Shown piece after piece: positions 20,111-29,413 of a DNA stretch of 64,000 nt. The notes under the pieces are model-generated. The model worked only from the letters and a program-made list of their open reading frames with translations, made no database searches and had not been told where the DNA came from. Source of the DNA: an uncultured bacterium (GTDB lineage: Bacteria; Myxococcota_A; Bradymonadia; UBA7976; VGTA01); contig CALSSE010000016.1 in assembly GCA_943788935.1 (NCBI GenBank), forward strand, positions 1,759-65,758. The letters are read 5' to 3'. The position numbers were made by a program, and so were the translations under genes. Every line of letters starts with the position of its first letter. Within the stretch, counting starts at the first letter, position 1.

Positions 20111-21598
20111 TCAGGGGAGTGGGTGAGGCGAGGCGCGGAGAGCTGACTCCACACCACCGGTTTTGACCCAGAGCTCTCGCCACTCTTCTTGGGGGTCAGA
20201 ATCGGCTACGATCCCTCCACCGGCGTGATAAATTAAGTCTTGACGATCACGAAGAAGGGTACGAATGGGGAGATTGAGGTCTCCACCTCCGCAGGGGTCA
20301 AGATAGCCGAGAGCTCCACAGTATATCCCACGGGCTCCACTCTCCAAATGGCGGATGAGTTCCATAGACCTCATCTTTGGCGCACCAGTGACGCTGCCTC
20401 CAGGAAAGATGGCGGCTAAGATCTCTAAGAGACCATTGTGAGGGGAGAGCTCACCTCTGATGACGCTCACTAAGTGATGAACTGTAGCATAGCGTCGAGC
20501 CTCTCTATCCACGATGACCTCTACGCTACCGCTCTCACAGATTTGGCCAAGGTCATTACGCTCTAAATCTAAGATCATCACATGCTCGGCGGCGTCTTTT
20601 TCTGAGCTGATAAGCTCTTGACGCTCTGATTCATCAGCGCATGGGTCAGATCGGCGTGGCCGAGTCCCCTTGATGGGAGCGGTCTCTATGATTCGCTTTT
20701 GATGACAAAGGTCACCTAAACGACCGCTCCATTTGGCGAGTCTCTCAGGGCTGAGAGAGAGGATCGACCGATTCTCATCAATTATACATAAAGCGCTGAA
20801 CTGACCACCGTTCACTGAGCAGAGGTGTTGGAATAAGTAGGTCGAAGGAATCTCCCTCTGAAGCGTCGCTTTGAGGGGTATCGTCAGGTTCATTTGATAC
20901 ACATCACCACTCAAAACAGACTCTTGTAAACGGTTGAATCGCTCTAAATATTCTGTATAGCCGAGAGAGGGGCTGAACGCTTCTCTAATCCAAGTGACTT
21001 TCTCAGCGCCTGAGTCTTCACAAGTGAGGGGGTCATCACTGAGCTTGTGATGAGCGGTCAACAAGCGGTCTCTCAGTCGACCGAGCTTATCGAGTGAACA
21101 AGCGACCAACCAGCCTCGTTCGGAAGATCTATGATAAGCATAAATAGAGTGATAGCGTGCTGCCCAGAGACTCGGAGCGTTGTGATGTTGATCATGAGGC
21201 TCAATTCCCTTTGCCTGCGCTCCTAGCTCGTAGCTGAGACCACAATGAATCATCGGTGGGATGATCTGTAAGGTCTGGCCTAAGGAGAACCAAGCGGTAT
21301 CGGAGTACACCTGGCCAGTGTCACTACGCCATGGTTGATTGACGAAAGAATCAAAGCGAGCGAGCGCCTCTTCCTCTCGACCCTGGCTTTCATGAGGCTC
21401 TAATAGCATGACATCTTGTGGCTCTAGAGCGATAAAATCCCAATCACAATATTCTCCTGCCCCTTCTCGACCACTGTATAAGACGGAGTCCCCCTGAGAG
21501 AGAGAGAGGTGATGAAGCCATAAAATCGGAGAGCCTATGTCGAGAGCTTCGTAATAAGGGGCTCGGTCAGTGCTATCTAGATCAGCCAAGTTATCCAA
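20111..21598 (-). CDS. pabB: Chorismate-binding enzyme, aminodeoxychorismate synthase/anthranilate synthase component I family (PabB-like)
   Basis: GDVYQMNL, SLSPER, PIKGTRPR, SEKDAAEHVMILDLERNDLG, FPGGSVTGAPK, RGIYCG, GGGIVADS. TTG start is uncertain. Confidence 0.8.
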   Translation of the reverse strand: MDNLADLDSTDRAPYYEALDIGSPILWLHHLSLSQGDSVLYSGREGAGEYCDWDFIALEPQDVMLLEPHESQGREEEALARFDSFVNQPWRSDTGQVYSDTAWFSLGQTLQIIPPMIHCGLSYELGAQAKGIEPHDQHHNAPSLWAARYHSIYAYHRSSERGWLVACSLDKLGRLRDRLLTAHHKLSDDPLTCEDSGAEKVTWIREAFSPSLGYTEYLERFNRLQESVLSGDVYQMNLTIPLKATLQREIPSTYLFQHLCSVNGGQFSALCIIDENRSILSLSPERLAKWSGRLGDLCHQKRIIETAPIKGTRPRRSDPCADESERQELISSEKDAAEHVMILDLERNDLGQICESGSVEVIVDREARRYATVHHLVSVIRGELSPHNGLLEILAAIFPGGSVTGAPKMRSMELIRHLESGARGIYCGALGYLDPCGGGDLNLPIRTLLRDRQDLIYHAGGGIVADSDPQEEWRELWVKTGGVESALRASPHPLP

Positions 21599-21725
21599 GA
21601 GGGTAAGACTCCTCTGAGCGCAGATTGTTTGTGAATAAACATTATTAAACTTTAGACTCGATACAATACAAACGATATTGTTTGAGTAGAGATTGGCATT
21701 GATTAAATTCTTTAACTAGGAGCAG

Positions 21726-24569
21726 GTGATGATTATGAACCGATCGATCGGTACATCTCACTATTTTTATGAGTTACGGTCATTCACATCGGGAGTATTC
21801 GCCTGTATTTGCTTGATAATAGGTATCGCGCTCAGTGGCTGTATTGAAGCTAGCGCTCCACAAATAGAGATGGACCCCATGGACGCCGATGGGGGGACCA
21901 GCGATATAGAGCTCATGATTGACCGTGGAGAAGAGGATATGGCCCCTCTCCTTGATCTATCACAGGAGAGAGACGCTGAGGTGGTCGATTTCCCCGATGC
22001 TCGACTCGTAGTTGAGCCACCAGTGATGCCCGCTGAGGTGGTTGTAAAGATGGGGGCTGAGCGAACGCTCGCCGGAGATAGCAATCGACTCTCCTGTCTA
22101 ATTTATGGCGATAACGGACTGATTATCCCTAGCGATCCTAGCTGGGGAGCCCCACGGTTTGATATTCGGCCTCTCGATGGTTGGACATGGGAAGATGAGG
22201 GGGAGGGTCTTATCACTGCAGAGCGAGCGGGGATATATGATGTAAAGTGCTTTATCCCGAGTCTCGGACTGCGGTCAGAGGAGAAGCGATGGGTGGTGAG
22301 TCCGGCAGCGCCTGATCAAGTCGTGACGCGCCTTGATAGAGATCAATCAGTCGCAGGTGAGGAGCTTAACGCGAGATGTGAGGTCTTTGATCGATTTGGT
22401 AACGAAGTCACTGAACATAGCGACCCGGCGTGGAGTATTGACCCGCCGATCGCTGAGCTTGTGGTCACCACACCAGGAGAAGTGACGAGCTCTCCTACAG
22501 TCGCTGGAGAATATCTCTTAACATGCTCGCTGACTGATGAGATGGGAGCTGATCTTCAACCGGCTACTCTAGAAGTATCACCGGATCTTCCTGCACAGCT
22601 CCTCATCTACTTCGCTAGTGGCCGACAAGTTTTTCGAGAGGGTGATATCATTCGCGTCAGATATGAACTGAGCGATCAATACGATAATCGGGTCATTGGA
22701 CTCCCTGTAGAGATAGAGGTTTCACCGTCTTTATCTAGCTTTGGAGAGGGTAATTATGAGGCGCTTGATCCCGGTCTCTATGAAGCGACCGTCAACTTAA
22801 ATGAAGGGACGGCTTCGGGAGAGCCTTTAAGTCAATCTAAGCCTTTTCGCATAGAAGATGGTGCGCCTAATATCACCTGTGATCGCCCTCTCTTGGGGGC
22901 GATGACGAGTTTAGCCCCACAAGAAGTCCGTGGCCGAGTGACCGATCTCTCAGAGATCACGACATTTACGGTAAATGGACGTCCGTCGACTCTTGAGGTG
23001 GGAGGGCGCTTCACTGAGATAGTGAGGCCGACATGGGGACTGAATGTGATCGAGTTACTCGCCATAGATCAATTCGGAGCAGAGAGCGTCTCCCACTGTA
23101 TGTTCTTTGCCTCTGACAGCTATCTCTCAGAGTATATCTCGATCACCAACTCAGCGCTCTTGCACCTCGATCAAGAGGCGATTGATGATGGCTCGCCGAG
23201 GTCACCGATCAACAGCCTCGGAGATCTATTAGGGGAGATGTTAAATTCAAGTGAGCTGATCGATACAATCGATCAAAGTTTGAGCGCGCTCAACCCCATC
23301 GTCCCTACCCAATGTCGATTTAGCGTATTTGGAAGGTGTTTATTCTCTGCGGGTGTGAGGTACGACTCTACAAGTGTCAATGGACCGAACAGCATCTCAC
23401 TCACCTTACGGGATGGAGGGTTGAGGGTTGACGCGACAATCCGCTCTGCAGTTTTAGGGATCAGCACACGAGGAACTATCCAAACGAGTGGAACAGTGAG
23501 TGTGAGCAGTATTCGAGTGGTCGCTGATCTGAGCGTATCCTTAGTGGGGAGCACTCCTAGTATTCAAGTAACGGGCACTCCACAGGTAACGATCGGTAAT
23601 ATCTCTCTGAGCCTCAATATCAATTTATCGATTGCACAGAGCATCATTAACGCTTTTCTTAATTTAGTTTTAGACGCTTTTGAGGGGTTAGTTCGTGACC
23701 AAATATCAGCAGTGGTCGAATCTTATATCACCAATGAGGTAGACGCTCTTTTATCGACAGCGCTCGGCAGCCTTGATCTCGATGCTTTGGGCCTTAGTCT
23801 GAATTTACCTAGACCCCTAGGGAGCGGAAGTTATGCCTTAGGTCTGAATTTCTCGCTTAGCAGAATAAATGTTGACCAAGACCGGATGCAGATTGGCTTA
23901 AAGAGCGCTGTGATAGGACAACGACTAGGGCAATTACCCTCTGCAGGGATAGCGGTGACCGACTCGAATCGTCTCGTTGAACTCTCTCCGGGCTTTAACC
24001 GTGACGCCGCGGGGGCTGCTCATATCGGCTTATTTAACAGCATTTTACATCGTCTATGGCGAGGTGACTACTTTGACATATCCACCGAGTCTGAAGGGGT
24101 GAGTGTTGACTTCAGCTTAAAGACTCCACCGGCGCTAGAGCTTACTGGCAATCGCCAAAGTGTGATCCTTCATTTAGGACCTGCGAACGCTCAGATCAAC
24201 GCCCCCTCACTGCTCGCAGAACCAATAGAGGTTGTCGTCGGTGGTTGGGCTTCTTCATCGGTGAGTCTAAACGGCGCTAATGAGCTCATATTCGATGCGG
24301 TGGAGATAGATGATCTCGTGATCAGCTCACCGCTAGTCAACTTAGACGGTGCCTCCCTAGAAGCTATCGCTGCAGTGATGACTACGCTCATTCAAGACCT
24401 CCTCGATGACACTCTTAACAGCGCTCTCCCTTCTTTCCCTATTCCGTCCTTCACCCTCCCCGACTCATTGAGCGCTTATGGTGTTCCGAGAGGAACTACT
24501 TTAGGGGTGGAGAGATTAACTTTGAGTAGTGATAACGCTCGTTTGATCGTACGAGGAGACTTCCAATGA
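21726..24569 (+). CDS. Large lipoprotein with Ig-like repeats and possible BPI/LBP-like C-terminal region
   Basis: Lipobox LSGC. Ig-like motifs DRFGN, DQYDN, GLNVIELLAIDQFG. C-terminal FNSILHRLWRGDYFD. Confidence 0.65.
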   Translation: MMIMNRSIGTSHYFYELRSFTSGVFACICLIIGIALSGCIEASAPQIEMDPMDADGGTSDIELMIDRGEEDMAPLLDLSQERDAEVVDFPDARLVVEPPVMPAEVVVKMGAERTLAGDSNRLSCLIYGDNGLIIPSDPSWGAPRFDIRPLDGWTWEDEGEGLITAERAGIYDVKCFIPSLGLRSEEKRWVVSPAAPDQVVTRLDRDQSVAGEELNARCEVFDRFGNEVTEHSDPAWSIDPPIAELVVTTPGEVTSSPTVAGEYLLTCSLTDEMGADLQPATLEVSPDLPAQLLIYFASGRQVFREGDIIRVRYELSDQYDNRVIGLPVEIEVSPSLSSFGEGNYEALDPGLYEATVNLNEGTASGEPLSQSKPFRIEDGAPNITCDRPLLGAMTSLAPQEVRGRVTDLSEITTFTVNGRPSTLEVGGRFTEIVRPTWGLNVIELLAIDQFGAESVSHCMFFASDSYLSEYISITNSALLHLDQEAIDDGSPRSPINSLGDLLGEMLNSSELIDTIDQSLSALNPIVPTQCRFSVFGRCLFSAGVRYDSTSVNGPNSISLTLRDGGLRVDATIRSAVLGISTRGTIQTSGTVSVSSIRVVADLSVSLVGSTPSIQVTGTPQVTIGNISLSLNINLSIAQSIINAFLNLVLDAFEGLVRDQISAVVESYITNEVDALLSTALGSLDLDALGLSLNLPRPLGSGSYALGLNFSLSRINVDQDRMQIGLKSAVIGQRLGQLPSAGIAVTDSNRLVELSPGFNRDAAGAAHIGLFNSILHRLWRGDYFDISTESEGVSVDFSLKTPPALELTGNRQSVILHLGPANAQINAPSLLAEPIEVVVGGWASSSVSLNGANELIFDAVEIDDLVISSPLVNLDGASLEAIAAVMTTLIQDLLDDTLNSALPSFPIPSFTLPDSLSAYGVPRGTTLGVERLTLSSDNARLIVRGDFQ

Positions 24570-26950
24570 GTGTTCAAGTCAAAATGATTCAGCCAATGTG
24601 GAGAGCGCTTTGGACTCCCATGTATACTCTCTTTATTATCTCCGCTGCGAGCATCATAAGTCTAGGATGTGATGATCCACTTCCACCTCCGGTCAAGGCT
24701 GTAGACATGGCCCTCCCCGAGATAGATCAAGAAGTCGTTGAGGTTGATCAAGAGGTCATTGAAGTCGATCAAGAGATCGTTGAGGTCGATCAGGAGATCA
24801 TCGAGCCACAGATCGGATGGATTGAACTCAACCTCGCTCCGGTTCGATCGTTTTATACGCTCTCAGATGAGCCGGAAGTCACTGTTGAGGTCTATAATGA
24901 ATTCGGTGACCCGTTTCCTAGCGCGCCGCTGAGATATAGCTTGAGTTCACCAGTGGCGACTCTTAGCGATCGCGGTGAAGCGGTCCCACTAGAGACAGAA
25001 ACCTCCTCTCATCAAGTACAGATGCAATTGCTCGGAGAAGGCTTTGTAGACTTGGTCGTTTGCTCAGCAGAAGAGGAGACTGCAAGTGTTTGCGCTACAC
25101 GCCCTCTACTCATCGATGACTCAGCGCCTACGATTGAAGTCTTTTGGCCTCCGCGAGGGGTCGCCTTATCAATGGAAGACCCATGGGTGTCGTGGAGTGA
25201 GTTGGCCCTTGATGCTGAGCCACCCGCTCTCTCTAGAGATGGCGTAGTGCTCGAAGAGAACCTAGAACAACTTAAGGACTATATGCCGGTCTATGGACAG
25301 GTTTCAGGTCTCGGTGACCGAGGAGAGATTACTCTCAATGGGATGTTGCTTAGCCCTAATGAACAAGGGTATTTTGCCACCTATATTGACTCGAGTCCCG
25401 AGTATAAAGAGCTGACTCTCGTCGCTGATGACGCGGTGAGGTTTTCTCAAGTGACCGATCGTAGATGGGTACTGCTTGCCGCTGATTACTTGCCCCATGC
25501 AGAGAGTGATAGCCTCATTAGCGATGGGATAGAGTTCTCTTTACAACAGAGCTTTATTGATGGTGACTCTCCTCCGGTGAGCGATGGGCCCTTAGTGAGT
25601 GATGAGATCGCTCAGCTCCTCGACTTATTTTTAGGTCTTATTGATCCCAATGAACTCATCATTCAGTCTTCACTCGTCAACACGCCTGAGCTTCAGCTAT
25701 CGATTAACGACCTCTCTCTCGGACGACCTGATATTGATCTACAGATCACAGACGAGGGTCTCTCTCTGTTGTTGAGCCTTAATCAAGTGACTGTAGAGGT
25801 GAGCGGGGCTATAAACATTGGCTCGAGTGAGATTGATCTCAGTGGTTCTCTACAGATTAGTCTCAGCGCTTTCTCTGATTACTCTCTAGCCATCAGTGAT
25901 GCACCGCTAGAGGTACAGTATGAAGAGGGGGCGGTGGTGATCACTCGGATCACACCAGACCTCAACGAAGAGTCAGCGAATGCTGTCCTCTCAGTTGTTG
26001 AATCCACTGCGCGGTCACTCATCATTGAGCAAATAGAGGGTCAAGTGCTCACTCTCATCGAGCGCGATATCCCTCTTCTTCTAGAGAGCGCGGTGGGAGA
26101 CGTTTATCGAGAGCTTGAAGAGATCCCCCTTATGTTAAGTACAGGGCTAGAGGGCGCTCCAGATCTATCACTCTTGATCCAAGTTGAGCCCGCAACGGTC
26201 ACCTCGAGGCCGTTACAGATGATCAGCCTCTCGGCGAATGTGAAGATTCGTAACAACAGTGACCCTGCGTCTTTACGACACCTTGATTCTAGGGGGATTC
26301 CACAGCTCAGCATCTCTTCAACACCCAATGTAGACCTCTCTCCGGTGAGCTTTAGGCTTAGACCAGAGTTTGTGAATGGAATCCTTACCGAGATTTGGAG
26401 GAGTGGATTGTTGGAGCTCAGCCCTCCTCTGCCCGCGAGCGCGAGTATCTTCTTCAGTGATGTTAAAGCGAGCGCCCTCACCCCACCTTTGCTCACGATG
26501 ACTGGTAGTCGTGAAGCGTATCCACTCTACTTAGAGCTTGGTGCTCTTCGCTTAGAACTTACTCAAACGATGACTGGAGCGGTGGATACATATGAGGCTT
26601 TCCTCAAGGTCGGCGCTGAGCTAGTCGTCGACGGAGGTACCTTTACGGTTCGGCTTGAAGATGAGCCTCTAGCAGAGGTGTCTCTAGTCAGCTTAGGAGG
26701 GGATCGGGCGGTCGTGACTGAAGATCTTATCTCCACGCTCTTGATCCAACAAGTCTGGCCAACGCTCAGCGCTGAGCTTCTCAGTCGGCTCTCTTTAGGT
26801 ATTCCTGACTCATTCCTCGATTTATCTCAGCTCTCTTACCTAGGGGTTGATGTGACGCGAGGTCAGCTTCGGCCAAGGTTTAGTTCTGAAGTAAGTTATC
26901 GTGAGGACTGGATCACGATGAGTGGTCGGTTCCTCTTCGACTTTCAGTGA
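24566..26950 (+). CDS. Large lipoprotein, apparent paralog of the upstream gene
   Basis: ATGA overlap. Lipobox SLGC, (EVDQEII) 21-bp repeats, YNEFGD, IDDSAPTI, FVNGILTEIWRSGLLE. Ends in DFQ like the upstream gene. Confidence 0.65.
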   Translation: MSVQVKMIQPMWRALWTPMYTLFIISAASIISLGCDDPLPPPVKAVDMALPEIDQEVVEVDQEVIEVDQEIVEVDQEIIEPQIGWIELNLAPVRSFYTLSDEPEVTVEVYNEFGDPFPSAPLRYSLSSPVATLSDRGEAVPLETETSSHQVQMQLLGEGFVDLVVCSAEEETASVCATRPLLIDDSAPTIEVFWPPRGVALSMEDPWVSWSELALDAEPPALSRDGVVLEENLEQLKDYMPVYGQVSGLGDRGEITLNGMLLSPNEQGYFATYIDSSPEYKELTLVADDAVRFSQVTDRRWVLLAADYLPHAESDSLISDGIEFSLQQSFIDGDSPPVSDGPLVSDEIAQLLDLFLGLIDPNELIIQSSLVNTPELQLSINDLSLGRPDIDLQITDEGLSLLLSLNQVTVEVSGAINIGSSEIDLSGSLQISLSAFSDYSLAISDAPLEVQYEEGAVVITRITPDLNEESANAVLSVVESTARSLIIEQIEGQVLTLIERDIPLLLESAVGDVYRELEEIPLMLSTGLEGAPDLSLLIQVEPATVTSRPLQMISLSANVKIRNNSDPASLRHLDSRGIPQLSISSTPNVDLSPVSFRLRPEFVNGILTEIWRSGLLELSPPLPASASIFFSDVKASALTPPLLTMTGSREAYPLYLELGALRLELTQTMTGAVDTYEAFLKVGAELVVDGGTFTVRLEDEPLAEVSLVSLGGDRAVVTEDLISTLLIQQVWPTLSAELLSRLSLGIPDSFLDLSQLSYLGVDVTRGQLRPRFSSEVSYREDWITMSGRFLFDFQ

Positions 26951-26985
26951 GTAATGACCTGTCAGAAGAGATAAATAGGCGTAGG

Positions 26986-27885
26986 TTATCTAACCACCTT
27001 CTTGGCTCTTTTGCCCTTCTTGACTCGTTTGCCTTTAGCGGACTTATGAGCTCGCTTGGTCGCTCTTTTCCCTTTGCGAGAACCTTTTTTCACCGCTCGC
27101 TTGCCTGACTTTCCACTAAATCGAAAGACACGAGAGATCTTACGACGAGCTTTCATCTTGCCCTTCACTGTCTTGGTTTGTCCTCCACTCTTAAGAGTGA
27201 CTTTATATGGCCCAGCGGGGATTATGAAGGGTTTAGCCTGCTTGGCCTTAATCGAGCCGCGTTTCTTACCATTGATGATGACTGTCGCTGCCTTATTGGA
27301 CATAGCGACAAAGACCCCAAGGTTCTTTTTCTTTTGAGACGTCTCGGTAGGCTTAGCCGTGGGCTTTGGAGCGGGCTTTGGAGCGGGCTTAACCGTGGGC
27401 TCAGCGACGGGCTCAGCGACGACGGGTTTAGCGACAGGCTCAGCGACGGGTTTAGCGACAGGCTCAGCGACGGGTTTAGCGACAGGCTCAGCGACGACGG
27501 GTTTAGCGACAGGCTCAGCGACGACGGGTTTAGCGACAGGCTCAGCGACGACGGGTTTAGCGACGGGCTCAGCGACGGGCTCAGCGACGGGCTCAGCGAC
27601 GGGCTCAGCGACGGGCTCAGCGACGGGCTCAGCGACGACGGGTTTAGCGACAGGCTCAGCGACGGGTTCAGGCTCAATATCAATACCCTCTTGGGCTAAG
27701 ATCTTCGCTAATTCTTCTTCGGAGAGCGCTGTCTCTTCACCTTCGACAACATTGGCCTCGGTGGTGTCATCATCAAATGTAAACTCATCTGCGAAGGCAG
27801 TTGAGGATAAACTGAGCAGTAATATAAATGATAGACAACCGCTGAAGAACGGTCGACATTGAATGTTGGGTATTAGGCGCATCAA
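26986..27885 (-). CDS. Secreted protein with Pro-rich (VAEP/VAKP) linker, PEGA-like domain and Lys/Arg-rich tail
   Basis: Signal peptide ending AFA. ATVIINGKKRG...IPAGPYKVTL is PEGA-like. GGAG RBS upstream of a TTG/ATG start. Confidence 0.7.
   Translation of the reverse strand: MMRLIPNIQCRPFFSGCLSFILLLSLSSTAFADEFTFDDDTTEANVVEGEETALSEEELAKILAQEGIDIEPEPVAEPVAKPVVAEPVAEPVAEPVAEPVAEPVAEPVAKPVVAEPVAKPVVAEPVAKPVVAEPVAKPVAEPVAKPVAEPVAKPVVAEPVAEPTVKPAPKPAPKPTAKPTETSQKKKNLGVFVAMSNKAATVIINGKKRGSIKAKQAKPFIIPAGPYKVTLKSGGQTKTVKGKMKARRKISRVFRFSGKSGKRAVKKGSRKGKRATKRAHKSAKGKRVKKGKRAKKVVR
27395..27670. repeat. In-frame 12/15-bp minisatellite encoding VAEP/VAKP repeats
   Basis: GGGCTCAGCGAC and GGGTTTAGCGAC units read directly. 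Confidence 0.9.
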
Positions 27886-28114
27886 CGGACTCCTTATTAT
27901 GAGTAGTAAACAGCACTCACAGCTATCGTGATCTAAATGATTAACTTTGAGGCAATATAGTCATTGTTAAAGTATGCGAAAGAGCGAGAGCGTGAAACAC
28001 AAATATGATAAGGATTTGATGCTTGAAGAGAGCTCAATACAATCTAATCGCTCATAGAGGGTATGATAGACCCTCATCCTTGAACTAATCAGCTTCTCCG
28101 CGAGTTAATCACGA

Positions 28115-29296
28115 CTATCGTGGTGCACAGACTTCAGCACTGCTCATTCTTGATGAGGAGTTACCGACAAACCGATCTCTCTCATCATCAATGGTCTTGG
28201 GGAGGTCAGCACAGTGGCCATTAAACTCTGATGCTTTAGGGACACATATGCCTGCCTGACTTTGAAGGGGATCCGCAATACAGAAGGTCTGCGCTTTATT
28301 GAGGACGTCAGGACAACCTCCTTCACAGCTTAATGAACAGAAGCCTGCGGGATGACAAAATCCCTGCTGTGAGCCAGCATAAAAGTCGCAGTCTCTCTGA
28401 CAGCCACAACGATCTCCGACGAAGGCTCTCCCGCTGTTATATAGACAAGCGCTAAGCTCTTCGATGCTCCACTCCTCTTGGTCGAGTTGACTTAACTCAG
28501 CAGCGTTAGCGACCTCTGTGCCGTCGAACTCACTGAGCATCCCCTGATCCTTCATAAAGCGAGTAAATTTTCGCATAATATTCCACGCCAACCAATTCCC
28601 TCCTTGGCCTCTTAATACCCACGGAGTGTAGGCGTACATCGCCGCAGTCGCATGATTGACAGGTCTCACCCACACAGGGTCAAGGGTTTGTCTTGATCGA
28701 CCTGCTCGCCATAAACCTGTGTCTCGTCGTGATTTATTAAAAAGACCGCGCAGAGCATTTCCTCCACAACGGAGCTGGTTTCCAAAACCTTTGAAGTAGC
28801 TAGAGCAAGTCTCACCATCATGGCATCCGCAGCCTAAGGCAGCGTCCGATACCCTTTGGCTAGGCTTTGATTGACGACTGATCAAGCTCTGCTCTACTTG
28901 CATTCTCGTGAGTAACAGCAGTGGGTTCACACCGCTGTCGTGGGCTTGCTCTATAATGATTTGAGAGGCTTGTTTGCCCCCGTAGGTAAAGTCAGCGAGC
29001 CAGCTGCGTTGTCCATAGGGAGGATTTTCCAAGAAGTCTTGCAGCGCTGATACGCTTAAGGCGCCGGTGTTGAGAAAGAATAGATCGCTCATGAGCCAAT
29101 CTTGATCAAATTTGTCGAGGAGACCGTCACTCTTTCCATTCTCACCAGTGATGGGCGCTAAGTCATAGGCCACTGGATGTATAGAGGGCGTCTCATCTTC
29201 ACCAGAGGCGCACGCTGTAAGAGATAATAAGAAGAGAGAAACCAATAAAAGATAGAGCAGCGGTTTCTTAGCAACTGATATATATCTTTGAGTCAC
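28115..29296 (-). CDS. Cys-rich lipoprotein with possible lysozyme-like/LasA-propeptide-like domain
   Basis: GGAGG RBS with GTG start. Lipobox LTAC, GKSDG, GVNPLLLLTRMQVEQSL, GCGCHDG, GFGNQL, NHATAAMYAYTPW. Cys-rich C-terminus. Confidence 0.6.
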   Translation of the reverse strand: MTQRYISVAKKPLLYLLLVSLFLLSLTACASGEDETPSIHPVAYDLAPITGENGKSDGLLDKFDQDWLMSDLFFLNTGALSVSALQDFLENPPYGQRSWLADFTYGGKQASQIIIEQAHDSGVNPLLLLTRMQVEQSLISRQSKPSQRVSDAALGCGCHDGETCSSYFKGFGNQLRCGGNALRGLFNKSRRDTGLWRAGRSRQTLDPVWVRPVNHATAAMYAYTPWVLRGQGGNWLAWNIMRKFTRFMKDQGMLSEFDGTEVANAAELSQLDQEEWSIEELSACLYNSGRAFVGDRCGCQRDCDFYAGSQQGFCHPAGFCSLSCEGGCPDVLNKAQTFCIADPLQSQAGICVPKASEFNGHCADLPKTIDDERDRFVGNSSSRMSSAEVCAPR

Positions 29297-29413
29297 AGTG
29301 TTACCTCCCTGTAGTAGCGATCTCTAGTATAGACTTGATCGAGACTGCTTGACAAGGGAGGATAACTTTGAGGCCGGCTTGTTAGCCCGCATTACCCTGT
29401 GTTATCGGTGTGC

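Noticed and set aside
27056..27862. ORFs with GSAT, LSD or SLSP repeats
   Set aside because: They are alternative frames of the VAEP/VAKP minisatellite inside the PEGA-like gene.
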